The notes below the pieces were generated by a model. It worked only from the letters and a program-made list of their open reading frames with translations, was not told the DNA's origin and did no database searches. A DNA stretch of 63,122 nt, filler included, from Octopus bimaculoides (lineage: Eukaryota), in the NCBI RefSeq assembly GCF_001194135.2. It is 5 parts of 4 records of this genome, joined end to end, with 100 filler letters (N's around TTAATTAATTAA, not from the genome) between each part and the next. Parts side by side here need not be neighbours in the genome. Positions count along the whole stretch, not along the records: positions 1 to 18,266 come from NC_068981.1; positions 18,367 to 47,641 come from NC_068982.1; 3 more parts are not named here. One strand, given 5' to 3'. A program made the position numbers and the translations under genes. Each line of letters starts with the position of its first letter. The first letter of the stretch is position 1. This document shows, one piece after another, positions 11,735-23,330 of this stretch.

Positions 11735-13186
11735 GTCAGCCCTCTTTTCTTGGCACCCTCAACATCTAATAGACATCTAATCGTTATCACACGATTCTTG
11801 AGAAATTTCCTGACATCACTCGCACTGTTTTTGATAATTACAGACCGATACACTCCGTTCCGTATCATATCATCATCAAGGGACCTCTTATTTCATCACA
11901 ACTGAGACGACTCACTGCTGACAAGCCAAAAATAGCAAAGAACGAATTTAGCCCTATGTTGGACCTAGAGATAATTCAACCTTCTTGAAGTAATTGGTCT
12001 TCTCCTCTTCATATGGTTCCCAAGAAATCTGAGGGTGATTGGCATCCCTGTTGATATTACAGACGACTGAATGCCTTAACTGAACATACGACTAAATCGA
12101 TATTTTCGAAAACCGATTTAGTACGCGACTATAATACAATCAGATTTCTATAGAACCTGCCGATGTTCCTAAAACAACTATAACAACTCCTTTTGGGCTA
12201 TTCGAATTTATTTTGGTCTTAGGAACGCTGCTAGTACCTTCCAGAGATTTTACTGACAAAATCACTTGTGGTTTAGATTTTGCTTTTGCTTATATGAACT
12301 TGTTGATTGCCAGTCCTACAAAAGAGCAGCATGGACAGCATTAGGAGCAACTTTTTACTAGGTTATCACAATATGGCATCGTAATTAACCCCAGTAAATG
12401 TTTTTGAAGCGTTTCTTCTATCAAGTTTTTGGTGATGGAATTCGGCCGTTACAGGAAAAAGTACAAATATTCCTGTTCTTACATCATAAAGGAAGTAGCG
12501 AGAATTTCTCGGTCTTATTAACTTCTATAGAAGATTTTTATTTCGCACTGTACAGAGACTATATTTCTCCACTAACAGAGCCTCTATTTAATTGTAAACA
12601 AAACAAAACGAAACAAAAAAGAAACTATTTAACTCCGACAGACTTGCAGTATTTTAATGATATTAAAGAAAAATTAACTACAGTTACCCTGCTAGCCCAT
12701 CCGGTACTAGATGCTCCTCTATCACTGATAATAGATGCATCTGACGTTGGAATCGGTGGAGTACTGCAACAGGTTATCCAAAATTCTTGGGAAGTTCTTT
12801 CTGTTTTTCGAAGCGTTTCAAGCTAGCTGAAACGAGGTACAGTACTTTCGAATGAGAGTTATTGGCAGTTTATTTGTCTGTGAAACATTTTACCGCTTCT
12901 TAGAAGGACGAACTTTACCAATTATACTGATTATAAACCATTAATTTACGCATTGCAATCCAAAATGGATAAATACTGCCCAACAGTGTTCAGACGCCTT
13001 GGTTATATTTCACAGTTTACTGTAGACATTAGTTATATCGAACGCGCTGAAAATTCTGTATCAGATACATTATCCAGTGCCTGTATCAATGCTCTGCATT
13101 CTGCTGATACAATTGATATGGAGAAAATTGCCATGAAGAGTTATTGCAACTCCAAAATTCTGAGTCATCTTCTCTGGATTTTCGTT

Positions 13187-13188
<2 letters not shown>

Positions 13189-13257
<69 letters not shown>
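13189..13257. repeat. (CTA)23 microsatellite inside the Gypsy pol frame
   Basis: In frame between ...SSSLDFRL and HSSVSLIWCDVSTG. Confidence 0.95.
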
Positions 13258-13258
<1 letters not shown>

Positions 13259-13357
13259 ACTCTAGTGTTTCACTTATATGGTGTGATGTTTCTACTGGAT
13301 TTTCAATAAAAGGGCGGAGGAACTCGAGAGAATCAACAGCCATCCGATAATGTGTAA

Positions 13358-13600
13358 AGGTGCATGGCCTAATGGTTAGGGTGCTACACTTACGACTGAA
13401 AGATCATGGTTTCGATTCCTAGACCGGCTGTGCATTGTGTTTTTGGGCAAAACACTTCGTTTCACCTTGATCTAGTCCATTTAGTCGTAAATGAGTAACC
13501 TTATGGCTGATTGGCGTACAAGGGCGAGATGATGACTCAGGAACATCACTCAAACGGAAGTCTTGGGAACCATGTTTTGCATTCAGCGATCGAAAGGATG
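13358..13600 (+). mobile_element. tRNA/CORE-like SINE family D, old copy
   Basis: A box TGGCCTAATGG, B box GGTTTCGATTCC, CORE-like TTGGGCAAAACACTT..TTTCAC; related to 51355-51701. Confidence 0.7.
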
Positions 13601-13639
13601 AATAGTAGAACCCGTACTATGAATTCCTACTGATTGGGT

Positions 13640-14080
13640 TTGGTTGAAATGAGTACCTAGATCAGTACATCCAACTCTAATCTGGGTCAGTTTTTCTAGT
13701 ACTTCACCACCGTCATCGTCGTTGCAATATTCTAGGAATATCTGCAAGAGTGTCAACCTTAGCTTGTACTTTCGCATTGTCAGTAACATCATCTCGAGAT
13801 CTCCGCCGAGTGGACACAGGAAACAGATCGATCAAGTACTAAGCAGAGTCTATATCTTCCGCAGGAATGGAAAGAGCATGTTCTCCAATTTAGCCAGGTA
13901 TTTCCCGAAGCAAAGACGACAGTTAGACGGTAATATATTATCAAGATGATGCAAATGGTAGACTTCTACCCGACCTTTCAAGGCGCTCTTTCGCAACCCA
14001 AAATCTTTGTGAGACTGGATACTCTGCCTTATGGTCTTAGTAAAAACCGTTAGAAGTTTTACCTGAGTGGGGATTCCTGT
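13640..14080 (+). mobile_element. Possible highly decayed continuation of the Gypsy integrase
   Basis: Weak frameshifted similarity to the expected integrase order: AESISSA (AETVARA), FPEAKTTVR (VPxxITTDR), ANG, LDTLP (MDALP). Confidence 0.3.
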
Positions 14081-14084
14081 ACGA

Positions 14085-14160
14085 ACCCACAATGCCATGC
14101 AATGAGACTGAATCCAGAACCATGTGGCTGGGACGCAACCTTCTTACACCCAGCCACAAT
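14085..14160 (-). mobile_element. SINE family A head
   Basis: Reverse complement TGTGGCTGGGTGTAAGAAGGTTGCGTCCCAGCCACATGGTTCTGGATTCAGTC. Confidence 0.7.
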
Positions 14161-15518
14161 ATTTTGCCAAATTTCTCATGAAAATTTTACAAGAATATCA
14201 ACTCTGTTCATTCTTGTAAATATGATTAATGCAGCATGTGAATATTGTGTAGTGGAACTATTTGCCATAACTGCACTCATTTTTGTGATGTGCTCTATTT
14301 TTCTTGTTTTGAGTCGGAACGAAAACAGACTCTGTTCATACAGTGCGTCATTATCACCATTTATTTCGTTAGAAATGTTTATTTTACGCTTGTCACTGAG
14401 CATTAGTTTACATTCGCAATATCCCCCTTCATTTTGATTTTTGCTATTGCTGTTAATTTCAAAATGAAAGCTTTCTAGAACTTTCTCTTAGCAACTACCT
14501 CGAACGATATCCGGTATTCAGTTCCTGTTTATTTAGTCACAGAGGAGAAAGGAAAGGGTATTGCGTGACGGAGATGCATTTTGTTTAAGGGTATTATTGA
14601 TAAAAGTGAAATGAAACTGGTTATGGATATGACAAATTGAAATTTTACCTGCTACTTTCCATTAGCACTGTTAAATTTTGAGATTTTTTTTCCGTTTGTG
14701 TATTATTTGTGCAAAGCCAGATTTAGTCCGTGATATTCAAAACGAAGGTCAAATGCCCAAGAAGAAGAAAAAAAGCTTGTCAAAGTAGAGATTGATATAC
14801 GACTCAGTGAAAATAAAGAAAAAGAAAAGTAAACATGAAATCAACTCAATATTTCAGCTTCCACGATGAGAAAGGAAAGGAAAAACGATATAGGCTCGAA
14901 ACCGATTCGACAAATTGCGAAGTTTAAGTCACGACATAGCACAAATATCCAAGCTACACTCATACACTGGTAAAGATTAAAAGTTGGAAAATTTGTTGAA
15001 AATCGACTAAAAACGGTTTAACTTGAAACACCAGGAATGAAGGCAAATATATAGCAGCCTCATAATTGAGCATGACTAGTAAACAGTTAAAGTAAGCGTG
15101 AACTGTTTATATAGGCATGAGATAAGTGGACTAAGGTGAATATTTACGAGGAAAAACCTCCCTGGTTTTACTAAAGAATCATGAATATCATTGTATAATA
15201 TATTTTGCGTGTTCATTTGTATAAGTAACAAAAGAAAACAACTTTAAAATAACATTGGGACTTTAGTCTTTCGTAAAGTGGTACAGTGGATCAAAGCTAG
15301 AAATATTACAAGTTCTGTCGGTTGTTGTTCATCCATCGTTTTGATAATTCAGCTAGGATCGTCATTGGTTGCCATGGGCTCCGTTAGATATCAATTCTTC
15401 TCTGGACAGTAGGACCTGCAAGCTCGCCTCAATGAAAGCTCTCACTCCTCTAACTCGTAAATAATTTGTCGCACCAATTTACGGAGAAAAAGAGGCTCCA
15501 GGACACATACAGGATTAA

Positions 15519-16224
15519 TCGACGTAAAACCGAAAGAAATAACATTATGCATTTTGTCTGGCGTGCTAACGATTCTGTTAGCTCGTCGCCTTTGAATTAA
15601 ATTGAAATATGAAGACTCACATTGAAAATAGGATCTTCAGTTAAATCAATATCTAAAAAAATATCGAAATTAATCAGTTTATTATTTTTTCAATTTTACG
15701 CGCAACGTGATTGGACCTTCGATCCAATTCCCGCGCAACACTCAACTAATCACAACACAGAGCTCAATAAATGTCCAATAAGTCATATGATATGCATTTT
15801 ATCCAATCACAACAGATTAGCGTGGTGAGCCTGTTTAAAACCAAACTTAATGTTCCTAAGTAAGCAATAATACAAATTGGTCTCGCTACAGAATCGTGCA
15901 TTAAATTGAAATATTTCAATTTGGGCACAAAATGACTGATTTCTGGGGTGGTAGTCGATTACGTCGACCCCGGTCCTCAACTAGTACTCTTTTTATCGAC
16001 CTCGAAAGGATGAAAGGTAAAATCGACTTAGACGGAAATTGAAATTTCGACGTAAAACCGAAAGAAATAACATTATGCATTTTGTCTGGCGTGTTAACGA
16101 TTCTGTTAGCTCGTCGCCTTTGAATTAAATTGAAATATGAAGACTCACATTGAAAATAGGATCTTCAGTTGAATCAATATCCTAAAAGATATCGAAACTA
16201 ACCAGTTATTATTTTTTCAATTTT
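15519..16224. repeat. ~178-bp direct duplication (15519-15697 and 16047-16224)
   Basis: Both copies include a family-B SINE head plus the same unique flank; period 528 bp. Confidence 0.9.
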
Positions 16225-17375
16225 CAGTTCCTCACTGCAAAGTATGTTTCAAATTTTGTTAGAATTGCGAAATGACGCCAGACTTGCATTTTTTTCTCTT
16301 TTCACAGTTTAAAATATCGATTTCTAACTTAGGCACAAAACAATCTTCATATTTAGAGAAGGATTAGAGTCGATTAAATCGACCCAAGTAAGATAAAAAG
16401 GAAAGTTGACCTTGGCGTGGTTTGAACTCAAAACTTAAAGAGCCATAACTTAATACTTGAAAAGTATTTTCTTGGTTGATGACCCCGACATTTAACAGAT
16501 GGCTTTATTATTGCTTAAAGAATTTAGCTGTGTTGGTCTTCTACAAATAATATCAGCAATAATTACATAGTGGAAGAGAGAATGGATCGGCCGGTCTCAA
16601 TGCTCTGCAAACAGTGTAGGCGTCAAAAGCAGCTTTATATAGGGTACAAGTAGAAAAAGTCTGGAAGATAGAATCACGCGATAGCTTGACGCTGGTTGGG
16701 TGCTTAAAAGACCGATCACATGAAACTACTGTCGTTAAGTCGTGGTGCATAACCAGTTACTTAGCGGTTCGGTTACGAATCACCGCTACAAATTCATTTT
16801 GTAAATGTTTTTTGGAGCGTTTCTTCTATTACGTTTTGATACAAATTAATTTTGATTCCTAGGGTGGCAAGCTGACAGAATAATGCCTTGCAGCACTTTA
16901 CAGTCTGAGCTCAAATCCCACCAAGGTCAACTTTGTTTTTCATCCTTCCGGGAGTTGATAAAATAAAGTACTAATCACATATTGAGGTCGATGTTATTCA
17001 ATAATTCCTCCTCGAAAAATTGATGGTTTTCTACAAATCAGAAACAATTAAATAATATTGATTCCTTCTTATTTGGCGAATGCTTCAGAACGAATCGAGG
17101 CTCATGAAAAATCGAGTATGTTTCATAGTTTCCATCTTCGCACACAGATAGAACGGGAGTTATATCATAGATTAAGTCAGCTGATCGGTAGAATCGTTAA
17201 CATGTCGAATAAAATTCTTGGCGACATTTCTTCTGATTCATTACGCTCTGAGGTCAACTTGACATTTCGTCTTTTGGAGTCGATAAATAAGTACCAGTTG
17301 AGCACTGAGTCGATATAATTGACTCCTTACTCATCTAAAATTACTGGCTTTATGCCAAAATTTGTAATCATTATA
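15914..17375. mobile_element. Cluster of four family-B SINEs (15914-16120 -, 16320-16473 -, 16860-17048 +, 17172-17375 +)
   Basis: Shared body GAGTTCAAATTCCGCCGAGGTCGACTTTGCCTTTCATCCTTTCGGGGTCGATAAA, variously decayed. Confidence 0.75.
16474..16792. mobile_element. LTR-derived fragment: tRNA-Trp-type PBS at left, CCGCTACA LTR-like terminus at right
   Basis: TGATGACCCCGAC resembles the PBS TGGTGACCCCGAC; the fragment ends ACCGCTACA and interrupts a family-B SINE. Confidence 0.45.
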
Positions 17376-17507
17376 ATTATTACTGGGGTGTTACTCGTCA
17401 TAACTTTGGAAGTGTAGTTTTGCGTCTGTAGGTATGGTCTGTGATTCTTTTTTCTGTGTGTGTGTGTGTAATGTTCATTTACTCATTGCCTGTCACGAAG
17501 CCTAGTA

Positions 17508-17871
17508 TCTTTTATCTTTTGCTTCAGCCATTAGGCTGGGGCACCTCTTCGAAGGAATAGACCCCGATACTAATTTTTATTAAATCTGGTACTTATTCTA
17601 TCGATCTTTTTTTGCTGAACTACTAAGTAAGGGGACGTAAACACACCGTAAAGCGGTGGCAGGGACAAACACAGTCACAAAGACAAACGCGCGCGCGCAC
17701 ATGCATACGATGGGCTTCTTTCGGTTTCCGTCTATCAAATCCACTCACAAGGCTTTGGTCAACCCGAAGCTATTAGTAAAAGACACTTGCCCAGGGTGCC
17801 ACTCAGTGGGACTGAACCTGGAACCATGAGGTTAGGCAGCAAGCTTCTTACCACAAGGCCATACCTGCGCC
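17508..17871 (-). mobile_element. SINE family A, near full length
   Basis: Head, CORE-like CACCCTGGGCAAGTGTCTT, central domain and tail all present; the internal repeat here is (GC)n. Confidence 0.9.
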
Positions 17872-18151
17872 CACCCCAAAGATTCTGAAGCCATCTCTGG
17901 CACTTAAGTCCGGCGACGGGGCTGGTTGTTGTTTAGTTTCAGGTCAGCACTGATTGAGTAGACTTATGATGAAAAGCCGGTCCAGCCCTGACCATCCTTT
18001 CACTTTTTTTTTCCATACATAGTATATCCAGTGCCACGTAATTCATTGCACCCTGTCTTTCTTTTACATGATTTGAGGAAGATTCAGTTGCTATTTATAG
18101 CAGGTCGAAAGACCGGCCTCGTAGTTACCGTTTTGTTGGCTAAGTATTTAC

Positions 18152-18266
<115 letters not shown>

Positions 18267-18563
18267 NNNNNNNNNNNNNNNNNNNNNNNNNNNNNNNNNN
18301 NNNNNNNNNNTTAATTAATTAANNNNNNNNNNNNNNNNNNNNNNNNNNNNNNNNNNNNNNNNNNNNTTTGTTCGACTAAACTCTTCATGGTTGTACCCCA
18401 GTATGGTCGCATTCCCATGACTGAAACAAGTAAAAGATGAGATGATAGAGATTTTCTTAACGAGGTAATTTGCTTCTGGTAAAAATCAGAGACTGTGCAT
18501 CACTTATTTTCTATATATATTGCAAGTTGGAGTAAATTACTGTTATGTCTAGCACACGAGTAT

Positions 18564-18612
18564 CTATCACCGACGGTAACCATAATAAGGTCGAAACCGC
18601 GCGGTCTGATGG
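18564..18612 (+). ncRNA. Decayed type I hammerhead ribozyme (Penelope-type minimal)
   Basis: Stem I CTATCA/TGATGG; core CCGACGG (2 changes from CTGACGA); stem II ACC-ATAATAA-GGT; GAAA; palindromic stem III ACCGCGCGGT; GTC cleavage triplet. Confidence 0.6.
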
Positions 18613-19261
18613 TTTCGATTGCTGGAATAGTAGGAAGATCTCTTCCCGCTTGCAATATATATATATATCGAGTGCGAAGCGCACTGGGTAACCAGCTGGA
18701 AGACGCGTCGTCTTGGCGTCCTGGGGTTAAAATAGCAGTATCGTCCGTTCTTAGAGAACACCCAAGTTTAGATAGCGGTAGACATTACCTCTCAGTATAG
18801 ATACTGCTTTCGTTTCTTATAGAGATTTTTTTAACGAGCTAATTTGCTTAATTCAATCGCTTATATCAAATTTCCCGCCTCTTTCCTAGATATTCTCTGC
18901 GCTATTGATTCTCACATTTTCTTTCTCTTTCTTCTTTACTTCAAAGACGGCAAACTTTACATAAACATTTTAAAAAGGAATAATATTTTAACGATTAAAA
19001 ATTTAAAAGGAAATATCTGTAAAAGTTATTACTTGTTTGAACAAGATTTTCAAAACACCTAAGGATTAGCATGAATTTTCTAAAACATTAAGTTATATTT
19101 AAAAAAAAAAATTGTAGTACTCCTCAGATACCCTTTGTGATGCAGTAGTGTGCCGCGGTACAATGCTTGCGAATGATTGTTCTACTTTATTTCATACTGC
19201 TTAGTTGTCAATTTAACAGTCACTTTAAAAAATCTGTCTATTCTACTTATTTTATTAGCAA

Positions 19262-20030
19262 CAGAAGGCAAGCTGGTAGAATCAATTTACTCCAGCCTTG
19301 AAATTCCTAGCCTTATGCCAAAGTTTGAAATCATTATTAAGGCGGCGATCTGGCAGAATCGTTAACACGCCGGGCAAAATGCTTAGCAGTATTTCGTCTG
19401 CCGCAACGTTCTGAGTTCAAATTCCGCAAAGGTCGACTTTACCTTTTATCCTTTAGGAGTCGATAAATTAAGTACCAGTAGAGTACTGGGCTCGATATAA
19501 TCGACTATCTCCTTCCCCCAAATTTGAGGCCTTGTGCCTATAATAGAAAGGGTTATTTATAGCTTAATCTAAGGTGGTGAGTTGGCAGAATCGTTAGCAC
19601 GCCGAGTAAAATGCCTAGCGGCATTTCGTATATCTTTATCTTCTGAGTTCAAATTCCGCCGAAGTTGACTTTGCTTTTCTTCCTTTTGGTATCGATAAAA
19701 TAAGTACTAGTTGAGTATTTGGGTCAATGTAATCGACTTATCCCCTCTCTCAAATGCTCGCTTTATGTCAAGATTTGAAAACAATATTAATAAAACGAGG
19801 CATGTTTTTAACCTATTTATTTCCGAAGGCTTCACAGGAAATACTTGAAAATTCAGTGAATTAAATTCGTGCATACACAATAAGTTAGTGAGTCATGTTA
19901 TTTCAAAAAGCGATCAAATGCAACACTTGTACCGCATTTATAGAATCGACTTTGTCTTTAATACCTTCAAGGTCGATAAAATAAGTACCAGTTAAGTAAT
20001 GAACGATCAATATAATCGATTAGATCCTTG
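19262..20030 (+). mobile_element. Head-to-tail array of family-B SINEs (fragment, 19338-19558, 19570-19789, fragment)
   Basis: Repeated TAAGGCGGCGA..TGGCAGAATCGTTA.CACGCCG heads, each following an AT-rich tail. Confidence 0.85.
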
Positions 20031-20700
20031 TAGCTAGACCCTGATATGACCACTGTCCATTCCCTACAAGTAACAGAATGAAAGAACGAAGAAACGTGAT
20101 GTACCTACTGTTTAATACGTGGAAAAAATAAGAACAAGGAGTGCGGCGGAAGTGAATCTCCTTTATTGTTTTCTAGTTATCTCCCCTTCTGTTTCAAGTC
20201 TAAAATGTCACCGACTTTGACATAGCTTTTCAGAGAACTTCTGGGTCAATAAAATAAGAGCTGCCTCTATACTATTATATTAAATCAATTCAATTCAATT
20301 GATTATCGACACACCTTGCAGATGAATAAAAAAAAAAATATATTACCTGATACCTAATCAAACGAAATCAATACAGTTGTTACGTGAACTTGTTTCTCTT
20401 CGTCGATTATATAATAACGCATTAATCTTTTGCATTATATTACATTTTCCACTTGCAAATCGACGTATTCACCATTTCCGTTCTCAAATAAATAAATAAA
20501 TAAATAAAATAAAATAAACCTCGTGTGAAATGAAGCATTTCTTTTAATAAGCTCTTTCTATCTACTTCACTCATTCTTTTGCACGTGTATTCTTTGTTGT
20601 GGTTATTCTTGCCGACATGAATAGAAAAGCAAAATAAACAAAAACAGGTCAGTTATTTTCAATCAATATATTGCGTTCTTTTATTCCACCCCTCAACTTT

Positions 20701-20702
<2 letters not shown>

Positions 20703-20771
<69 letters not shown>

Positions 20772-20797
20772 CATTATCATCATCATCATCATCATCA

Positions 20798-20844
<47 letters not shown>

Positions 20845-20880
20845 GGTTTTGTTATAATTATTGTTGTTGTTGTTGTTCTT
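20703..20880. repeat. Compound (ATT)n/(ATC)n/(GTT)n microsatellite
   Basis: Directly visible. Confidence 0.95.
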
Positions 20881-21091
20881 ATACTTGTTCTTGTATTCTT
20901 GTAATTATTTTTAACATCATAATTTCGAACAATGCACATATGTTAATATTAATTGCAACTTCATAATACAGTTACTGTGACTATTGACATGGAGTTGATA
21001 AAAACTGGTTTCAACAGGACTTTATGCGAGCGCGTCTATAATAGCTCGTTTTGTGTGACAGTGTGTGTATGTGTGTGTGTGAGTGTGAGTG

Positions 21092-21133
<42 letters not shown>

Positions 21134-21422
21134 CGTGCGTGAGCAAAAGCTACAATTTAAGGCTAAAAGTACTCGATGTATAAAACAAGAGTGGATGTAG
21201 TCGTTTAAAAAGACAGTGAAACTAAGCGTTTATGTGTGGGTGTATGTATGTGTATCATGTGTGTGTGTGTGTAGATACATACATACATACATACATACAT
21301 ACATACATACATACATACGTATACTTACGAACACACACATATAATGAGACAGAGAGGAAGAGAGAGAATATGTGCGCTGTGCGGTGAATTAGCAAAGATA
21401 ATATGATGTTTCAGCTGTAATG

Positions 21423-21460
21423 TAATCCTGACGGTGGTTTGACGAAACACGTGTTGCTTA
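21423..21460 (+). ncRNA. Decayed hammerhead-like motif
   Basis: TAATC-CTGACGG-TGGTTTGAC-GAA-ACACGTGT-T-GCTTA; palindromic stem III, A9 altered, stems I and II imperfect. Confidence 0.35.
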
Positions 21461-22649
21461 ATAAAGCATCGAATACTATTTTTTGTATTTTATTGTATAT
21501 ATTTAATATTCGTATTTGTTATAACCTTCATATCAGTAAATAAGTGCATGAATGTTGGCTGCGCGTTTTTTTCTTCATAGTATCATGAAACGATTCTACC
21601 TCGATGTATGTGGTTTCGATTCACAATGATTCGTAGAACTCATTTACCGTATAAACCGAGGGACAACATACATTAAATGACGTAACCCTAGATACTCCCC
21701 CACCTAAAACCGCCTGGTTGAATTTCAGAATGATCTTAAACATAGGTCTACTCAGTTAAAGTTGTCCTTCCGCTATACAACAAATATAAGAATTCATCTA
21801 TATCGGCGATTATCAGACTTTCTTCACTCGTCTCTAGGTCCACCACTTTTGGTATTTCGTTATTTGCTTCCTGACAGCGATTCAAGAAAATATAAGCTAA
21901 GTTCATACCTTTTATAAAATCCTTTGTTACTTCACTTTTAAGACAAGCACGTTAGCACTTATATATATCGTATTTACTCATGTATAGGACGCGCTATTTT
22001 ATACCTGGGTTTCACTGAAAAAAAAAACAGAGATGCGACATTTGCATCCCAGAACTGCCTCTGTGTGTGTGTGTGTGTGCGTGTGTGTGAATATATANNN
22101 NNNNNNNNNNNNNNNNNNNNNNNNNNNNNNNNNNNNNNNNNNNNNNNNNNNNNNNNNNNNNNNNNNNNNNNNNNNNNNNNNNNNNNNNNNNNNNNNNNNN
22201 NNNNNNNNNNNNNNNNNNNNNNNNNNNNNNNNNNNNNNNNNNNNNNNNNNNNNNNNNNNNNNNNNNNNNNNNNNNNNNNNNNNNNNNNNNNNNNNNNNNN
22301 NNNNNNNNNNNNNNNNNNNNNNNNNNNNNNNNNNNNNNNNNNNNNNNNNNNNNNNNNNNNNNNNNNNNNNNNNNNNNNNNNNNNNNNNNNNNNNNNNNNN
22401 NNNNNNNNNNNNNNNNNNNNNNNNNNNNNNNNNNNNNNNNNNNNNNNNNNNNNNNNNNNNNNNNNNNNNNNNNNNNNNNNNNNNNNNNNNNNNNNNNNNN
22501 NNNNNNNNNNNNNNNNNNNNNNNNNNNNNNNNNNNNNNNNNNNNNNNNNNNNNNNNNNNNNNNNNNNNNNNNNNNNNNNNNNNNNNNNNNNNNNNNNNNN
22601 NNNNNNNNNNNNNNNNNNNNNNNNNNNNNNNNNNNNNNNNNNNNNNNNN

Positions 22650-22691
<42 letters not shown>

Positions 22692-22909
22692 GTTGCCTTC
22701 TGCCATTTTACTTATAGCTTGCTCAAAGCAATTTTATTCTCCCGCGCTTACCTTTGAGGTGCAGCACCTGTGTTTTTATTTGTAATCAAGAGAACCTTTT
22801 TAAAGTAACACCAGGACATATTTACACGGTGAATCTTGTGTGTCTTTATCACAGGAACATATGCTGTTTTATTTGACCCTAATCGAGGGCATTTGACGCT
22901 TGGAAACAG

Positions 22910-22924
22910 AGGTCACAATGACCT
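22910..22924. promoter_or_regulatory. Perfect consensus ERE palindrome AGGTCA-CAA-TGACCT
   Basis: Exact IR3 match in apparently unique DNA; function not shown. Confidence 0.45.
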
Positions 22925-23092
22925 AATCTCATACTTCTCAAAGCTCCCGAGTGCTAGCCACTCAACCGGATGTATTTTATTTTCCTGCACAATACATACA
23001 TAGATACATACATACATACATACATACATACATACATACATACACATACACACACACAATACACACACAAACAAACACGCACACAAAACAAT

Positions 23093-23196
23093 TTGACTCA
23101 GCTCGATATATCTGCAAGTTTCGTGCCAGAAGCATCTGATGAGATGAAAGTATCATAAGCGTCCACGAAACTTCAAGTCATGTGGAGCTGAGTCAA
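23093..23196. repeat. Nested inverted repeat enclosing a hammerhead-like core
   Basis: Perfect pairs TTGACTCAGCTC/GAGCTGAGTCAA and AAGTTTCGTG/CACGAAACTT; CTGATGA at 23136, GAAAC at 23167, GTC at 23177. Confidence 0.7.
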
Positions 23197-23277
23197 ACTG
23201 TAATAAAAAAAAACATATGTAACTCCTACCAAATGTGTTGAGTAGCACTTTCTTTCGTTTGTTCACTCACTCGTTTA

Positions 23278-23330
<53 letters not shown>

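Larger units (their letters stand above)
9989..13305 (+). mobile_element. pol: Decayed Gypsy element (CsRn1-like): gag, protease, RT, RNase H
   Basis: Degenerate tRNA-Trp-like PBS TGGTGATGTTCGAC at 9989; Gag knuckle CGYHKRFGVNAHKC at 10609; protease FLVDIGA at 10791 and PILGADFLHHFGLLVD; RT NWSSPLHMVPKKSEGDW, TPFGLFEF, FGLRNAASTFQ; RNase H IDASDVGIGGVLQQ, TDYKPL; IWCDVSTG. Many stops and frameshifts. Confidence 0.9.

Noticed and set aside
14750-14960. MPKKKKKSLSK.. resembling a pogo/Tigger N-terminus
   Set aside because: Weak low-complexity similarity with stops; no TIRs or DDE region found.
18311-18322. TTAATTAATTAA between N runs (also 47686-47697, 55510-55521, 61851-61862)
   Set aside because: Identical 12-mer flanked by Ns with stops in all six frames; a scaffolding linker, not biology.
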